Shown here: in pieces, positions 59,904 through 64,000 of the stretch | Position numbering within the stretch: the first letter of the stretch is position 1 | How the letters are laid out: every line of letters starts with the position of its first letter | Source of the DNA: a phage | Reading direction: 5' to 3' (one strand) | NCBI GenBank assembly: GCA_024790105.1 | Contig: GCA_024790105.1_3053.1 | Length of the DNA stretch: 64,000 nucleotides | Position numbers and translations under genes: made by a program | Notes under the pieces: model-generated | Told to the model about the DNA's origin: nothing | The model's input: only the letters and a program-made list of their open reading frames with translations | Database searches by the model: none

Positions 59904-59933
59904 ATACTATCACAAAGGAACCATACTGTAAAC
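59904..59933 (-). promoter_or_regulatory. T4-type early promoter
   Basis: minus strand GTTTAC - 18 nt - TAGTAT, similar to the 1125-1165 and 1455-1495 cassettes. Confidence 0.45.
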
Positions 59934-59950
59934 AACTTTATGCAATCTTT

Positions 59951-59980
59951 GGAAAATAAAAAAGGACTCCCGAAGGAGTC
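59951..59980 (-). terminator. rho-independent terminator (minus strand)
   Basis: GGACTCC ttcg GGAGTCC hairpin followed by TTTTTTATTTT on minus strand. Confidence 0.7.
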
Positions 59981-59986
59981 CTTAAC

Positions 59987-60163
59987 TTATGCTTTCTGCT
60001 TACCAAAACGAGAAGCATCATCTCGAAGAACCGCACGTGCTCGGCGCATGATCTTCTCAACAGTTTGATTGATACGAGAGTTCGACCCACGCTTGTAGCC
60101 AGCGCGTTTAGAATCACCAACTTTCTTTTCAACTGCTTTCTTTGCTTTAACTTGTTTTGCCAT
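59987..60163 (-). CDS. small basic Lys/Arg-rich protein
   Basis: ATG at 60161-60163 with AAGAGAA RBS (MAKQVKAKKAVEKK...); 58 aa. Confidence 0.5.
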   Translation of the reverse strand: MAKQVKAKKAVEKKVGDSKRAGYKRGSNSRINQTVEKIMRRARAVLRDDASRFGKQKA

Positions 60164-60408
60164 TATAAATTCTCTTTTAAATGAAAATGCAGGACTTATT
60201 GGCATTGCCTGCGCAAGCCCTCAAGGGGAACATAGGTTTTTGGATATTTAACGACCAGGATAACCATAAACCCGTCATCATTCACATTCAAGAGGTACAC
60301 CGTAAAACTGCCGGGGTCTTAAAACTATAATGATTCGCAAATCATTAATCAGACAGTTCGACGGCTCCTCGATTTTAGCTCACACTAAGGCAGTGAATCT
60401 CCAATGAA

Positions 60409-60657
60409 TTACTTCAGTGTTACCACAAAGTGACGAACTGCTTTTCGTGCAGCAGAAGCCAAAGGCTTAGCATATTTAAGTTCATCTTTTTCCTGAAGCT
60501 CAGCAGCTAGTGCAGTTTGAGCAGGATTCAGATGTTTGAAATAACGCAGGATTTCAAGAGCTTCGGCTTCAACATCAATAGATGCGCCATAGTTTTCGTG
60601 ACCATTATTCCATGTGTTTCGTTGCAGTTCAAGAGCGTGTTGTAATTGTTTAATCAT
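60409..60657 (-). CDS. rIII: rIII lysis inhibition accessory protein
   Basis: 82 aa; position between gene 31 and the gene 30 cluster as in T4. Confidence 0.7.
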   Translation of the reverse strand: MIKQLQHALELQRNTWNNGHENYGASIDVEAEALEILRYFKHLNPAQTALAAELQEKDELKYAKPLASAARKAVRHFVVTLK

Positions 60658-60804
60658 TTAAAAATTCTCGTTAGAGATTAAAACTCGGTAGTCACGTTCT
60701 TCTGAATTTCATCTTCTTTCGACAGATCTCTCAGTTGTAGACTACCACATAGAATTGTTCGGTTAACTTATTATTCCGACACCCAATTCATATTATTATT
60801 TATA

Positions 60805-61140
60805 TCACTTATAAAGACACGGAATAGCTTTATAGTGACAGGTAACAAATTTTTGTTTAATTTCTTTTGGCTGCTTAAGACCCAGAGCTACAAAAGGATG
60901 CGGAACGTTTCGAATTTGACCAACTGGAAGAGAAGTCAAATCACCAACTTCACAAAAACCTTCAGGAACATCAGGACCGACAGAGTGAATTACACACAGT
61001 TCAGGAACTTCACCTTGAACACGTTTACCGATAATAAGTCCTGATTCTGTAACTTCTTCATCACCGGCTTGTGCAGGTTCAGAAACTAAAATAACATATT
61101 CACCGACAGCACGAATTGGTAGCTGTTGTACTTCAGACAT
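60805..61140 (-). CDS. 31: gp31 co-chaperonin (GroES analogue)
   Basis: 111 aa [30 protein letters not shown]... matches recalled T4 gp31. Confidence 0.9.
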   Translation of the reverse strand: MSEVQQLPIRAVGEYVILVSEPAQAGDEEVTESGLIIGKRVQGEVPELCVIHSVGPDVPEGFCEVGDLTSLPVGQIRNVPHPFVALGLKQPKEIKQKFVTCHYKAIPCLYK

Positions 61141-61164
61141 CGTTTTTCCTTTTTGTTAACAGAT

Positions 61165-61197
61165 GAATTAATAATAACAAATAATTCTTAAAGCATT
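61165..61197 (-). promoter_or_regulatory. putative MotA-dependent middle promoter of gene 31
   Basis: minus strand ATGCTTTA (MotA box) - 12 nt - TATTAT; near-identical to the 188-220 copy. Confidence 0.5.
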
Positions 61198-61505
61198 TAT
61201 TTACCAATAAATTGGAGTAAATGCTCAACTTTCATACTATTAACAGAAATCAATTTGTCAATAGAAAAACCTCGCCACTCGCCAAGCTCAACATCAAATA
61301 CTGGAATCATGTCAGTAGATTCTTTCCGAGTAGATTCAGTCAATTTACCAGTTTGCATGGTTGGCATAAAGTCTGCGTCACGAGTACCTTTCATAGTACG
61401 AATAGTACCATCAGACTTTTCAAAAACTACGTTTGAAACACCCATGGACAGTTTAGTTTTCAAAATTTCACGAATTGCTACTTTTTGTTCAGTCGTCAAT
61501 TTCAT
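61197..61505 (-). CDS. hypothetical protein (T4 31.1 position)
   Basis: 102-aa ORF. Confidence 0.5.
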   Translation of the reverse strand: MKLTTEQKVAIREILKTKLSMGVSNVVFEKSDGTIRTMKGTRDADFMPTMQTGKLTESTRKESTDMIPVFDVELGEWRGFSIDKLISVNSMKVEHLLQFIGK

Positions 61506-61742
61506 TTATTTGCCTATTACAGTTTTATGATAAATTGTTCCACGTTCTTTAAGAGTGGAAAGTAATTTTTGATATTTTTCTAAATCAGATTTCCAACTAT
61601 GCGGTCTATCAATACAAACCCAGTTTGATTTATAATACTGTTTCCACCTAGAGAAAAAATATTTCTTATACTCTACAGCAAATGAAATGTTCTCGGTAGA
61701 ATAAGAACTAATTGCTGTGAGCTGTACCAAACGAAATTTCAT
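61506..61742 (-). CDS. hypothetical protein (T4 31.2 position)
   Basis: 78-aa ORF. Confidence 0.5.
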   Translation of the reverse strand: MKFRLVQLTAISSYSTENISFAVEYKKYFFSRWKQYYKSNWVCIDRPHSWKSDLEKYQKLLSTLKERGTIYHKTVIGK

Positions 61743-62323
61743 TATTCACCACAGAATTCGTTGATATTTTCCCAGTTTAACTTATTCAAGTTTTTCTTAG
61801 GAACATTAAACACTTCAATACCTGCATTTCGCAGAATATCATCCCAGCCAGGTTTATTTTTATCGTATGTTTCACAATAAACCAGCTTTTTAATACCAGA
61901 TTGAGCTATCGCTTTTGCGCAATCCGGACAAGGAGAAAGTGTTACATACATAGTAGCACCTTCAATAGAAGAACCATTTCGTGCAGCAAACAAAATTGCA
62001 TTTAGTTCAGCATGAATTTCATTTTTAGACGACCATTCAGAGTGAGCGCTGCGGTGTTCTTTCGCCAAGACAAAACGATCAGTTGAACCAAATGATACAC
62101 ATTCGGGCTTATGACCTTGAATGATAGTATGTTTAGGCTTATTCAGCAACCAACCTTGCTCAGCAGCATAATCACAGCAATTCACATCGCCTGCAGGCGA
62201 ACCGTTATATCCAGTAGAAATAATACGTCCATTCTTTTCAATTACTGCTCCTACCTTCCAGGAGCAACATTTTGATTCCTGCGATACTAAATATGCAATT
62301 TGAAGTACTGTACTCGCTTTCAT
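61742..62323 (-). CDS. cd: dCMP deaminase
   Basis: 193 aa; HAELNAI...PCPDCAKAI zinc-binding deaminase motifs. Confidence 0.9.
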   Translation of the reverse strand: MKASTVLQIAYLVSQESKCCSWKVGAVIEKNGRIISTGYNGSPAGDVNCCDYAAEQGWLLNKPKHTIIQGHKPECVSFGSTDRFVLAKEHRSAHSEWSSKNEIHAELNAILFAARNGSSIEGATMYVTLSPCPDCAKAIAQSGIKKLVYCETYDKNKPGWDDILRNAGIEVFNVPKKNLNKLNWENINEFCGE

Positions 62324-62658
62324 TTCATAATCACCAGATAAGCAGATTTAGCAGTTTCAACACGATAAATTTCGTGACGAAGTTTAGTTATACTTTTAAC
62401 AACAGAAGTAATTATATTCAACCCATCTTTAAAGCGATTTTTCTTATCAATAAAAACTGCGCCGGTCATCTTTTTGTGAAGCTCAACTGGATACTTCGTC
62501 ACAATAATAGCATCATACACAGAAGGATGAATACTATTCACTAGAGTATCATTCATTAAAGTTATTCTAATGAACTTTGCTGTTTCATAGTCAAGCGCTC
62601 TATGATCGCCAGTATTATTTTCAAGACAATTATCAATTATATCAGTTAAATTCATCAT
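62320..62658 (-). CDS. hypothetical protein
   Basis: 112-aa ORF. Confidence 0.5.
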   Translation of the reverse strand: MMNLTDIIDNCLENNTGDHRALDYETAKFIRITLMNDTLVNSIHPSVYDAIIVTKYPVELHKKMTGAVFIDKKNRFKDGLNIITSVVKSITKLRHEIYRVETAKSAYLVIMK

Positions 62659-62891
62659 AGTACGCCATACACCCTTTGTGCTTCAACTAATCCATCAAAA
62701 TCTAATTTAAGATGCGATATTTGATCGCCATCACCTGGATTCACAATTACTAATACTGAACGAGGAGTTTCGGTAATAACACGAACCGATGTTTCAGGAA
62801 ATCGTTCAGAAACCTTATTTACTAATTCCTGTGCAAATAGTTTAACTTTTTCTTGGAATTCTTTAACAGTAATTGGTTTTTCACTTAGCAT
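62655..62891 (-). CDS. hypothetical protein
   Basis: 78-aa ORF. Confidence 0.5.
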   Translation of the reverse strand: MLSEKPITVKEFQEKVKLFAQELVNKVSERFPETSVRVITETPRSVLVIVNPGDGDQISHLKLDFDGLVEAQRVYGVL

Positions 62892-63412
62892 GTTGATCCC
62901 AGCTCCTTACTTTCAACATTTTTAACTAATTTGACAGAAACTAATTCAGCATCTTGAGTAATCATTACCGGACCTTCTTCATACTCTTCAAGATATTCTA
63001 GAGCTTTCTTTTTAGCTTCTTCCTTCGTATCAGTTTGAGCATAGATATAAAACATACAACCAGTAATACCTACTACTTTCCACTTAATTTCTTTATCAGT
63101 TTTAATTTCAAATTTACTGACAGAATCATCTTTTTGAACTTCTTCGAAAAAAGAATATTCTAACATATAAGCAATTGAAAATAACGGGCTATCTTTATAG
63201 GATTCGCCCATTACATCAATAGCTTTATACCAGCAGTCATCAATTTCGCGTTTAATGCTAATAACATTCTTTGCAGGGTCAATTTTTACTTTAAATGAAT
63301 TTTCCCCAATAAACTGGGCAATTCGTTTATTAGCCCCGCAAGTTTCATTAAAAATATCTTTATACCCAGTTTTAAAGCGATAAACCTTATCTTCTTCAAA
63401 CCATTCGCTCAT
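62885..63412 (-). CDS. hypothetical protein
   Basis: 175-aa ORF. Confidence 0.5.
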   Translation of the reverse strand: MSEWFEEDKVYRFKTGYKDIFNETCGANKRIAQFIGENSFKVKIDPAKNVISIKREIDDCWYKAIDVMGESYKDSPLFSIAYMLEYSFFEEVQKDDSVSKFEIKTDKEIKWKVVGITGCMFYIYAQTDTKEEAKKKALEYLEEYEEGPVMITQDAELVSVKLVKNVESKELGSTC

Positions 63413-63442
63413 TTCAATTTCCTCATTTGTTTTGGTAGAGCT

Positions 63443-63472
63443 ATAATATCACAACTCTACCGTAAAGTAAAC
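63443..63472 (-). promoter_or_regulatory. T4-type early promoter with stem-loop (PeSL-like cassette)
   Basis: minus strand GTTTAC - 18 nt - TATTAT; GGTAGAG/CTCTACC inverted repeat brackets the -10. Confidence 0.5.
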
Positions 63473-63474
63473 TA

Positions 63475-63750
63475 TTAAATCGCTTTGAATTCCGCGGTTT
63501 GAGATTTAAAGCGAATGTCGCCTTGAATAACTAGTTCAGCATCAAGACCAAATACGACAATGATATGCGCTGACCCAGGATACAGTTGAATAACAACAGA
63601 ATCTACTTGACCAGGAAGCAAAGTGTTCAATACATGAGTCACTTGAGCGTGGATTCGAAGCTCAGCTGCGTTATCAAGTTTTTCAAACATATTATTAGCG
63701 ATAATTTGGCTAAACACTACTTCTACGATTTTAGAGTAAGTCGGAAACAT
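63475..63750 (-). CDS. hypothetical protein, tandem paralog A
   Basis: 91-aa ORF; ~85% nucleotide identity to 63824-64000. Confidence 0.55.
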   Translation of the reverse strand: MFPTYSKIVEVVFSQIIANNMFEKLDNAAELRIHAQVTHVLNTLLPGQVDSVVIQLYPGSAHIIVVFGLDAELVIQGDIRFKSQTAEFKAI

Positions 63751-63791
63751 ATTTACCTCACATAATTTTCCTCGTTTGTTTTGGTAGAGCT

Positions 63792-63821
63792 ATAATATCA
63801 CAACTCTACCGTAAAGTAAAC
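63792..63821 (-). promoter_or_regulatory. T4-type early promoter with stem-loop (PeSL-like cassette), second copy
   Basis: near-identical copy of the 63431-63480 cassette. Confidence 0.5.
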
Positions 63822-63823
63822 TA

Positions 63824-64000
63824 TTAAATTGCTTTGAATTCTGCTGTCTGCGATTCAAAACGAATATCGCCTTTGATAACTAGCTCAGCATCAAGACCGA
63901 ATACAACAATGATATGCGCGGAACCTGGATACAACGTAATGGCAATAGAATCCACCTGATCTGGAAGCAAAGTATTCAATACATGAGTCACTTGAGCATG
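63824..64000 (-). CDS. hypothetical protein, tandem paralog B (3' part only, truncated by window end)
   Basis: same C-terminal residues (...QTAEFKAI) and in-frame homology to 63475-63750. Confidence 0.5.
   Translation of the reverse strand, partial: HAQVTHVLNTLLPDQVDSIAITLYPGSAHIIVVFGLDAELVIKGDIRFESQTAEFKAI

Overview
This window reads as a near-complete slice of a T4-like (Tequatrovirus-type) myovirus genome: internal-protein/57A/57B/gene 1 region, baseplate wedge and hub genes (53, 5, 5.4, 6-12), fibritin, neck (13, 14, 15), terminase (16, 17), sheath and tube (18, 19), portal and head genes (20, 67, 68, 21, 22, 23, 24), then rnlB, hoc, inh, uvsW, uvsY, 25, 26, 51, 27, 28, 29, 48, 54, alt, gene 30 (DNA ligase), rIII, 31 and cd. 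Gene calls rest on reading the supplied ORF translations against recalled T4 protein sequences and lengths, plus motifs visible in the sequence; no database search was run. Coding density is very high, and the intergenic gaps carry recognisable T4-type late (TATAAATA), middle (MotA box) and early (GTTTAC-17/18-TAtAAT) promoters and GC-rich hairpin terminators. The most striking feature is the large terminase gene 17, which is broken into two ORFs exactly at the Walker-B glutamate by what looks like a naturally split mini-intein (41-aa N-part beginning with Cys, 107-aa C-part ending HN before Cys), with a free-standing zinc-ribbon/putative nuclease gene sitting between the halves. Several other free-standing endonuclease genes lie between conserved structural genes: HNH between 13 and 14, between 18 and 19 and after uvsW, and GIY-YIG after gene 5 and before uvsW. 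Also notable are a truncated alt paralog, promoter/stem-loop cassettes flanking small genes at both window ends, and a ~245-bp non-coding gap downstream of rIII. No tRNA, rRNA or CRISPR array was seen.
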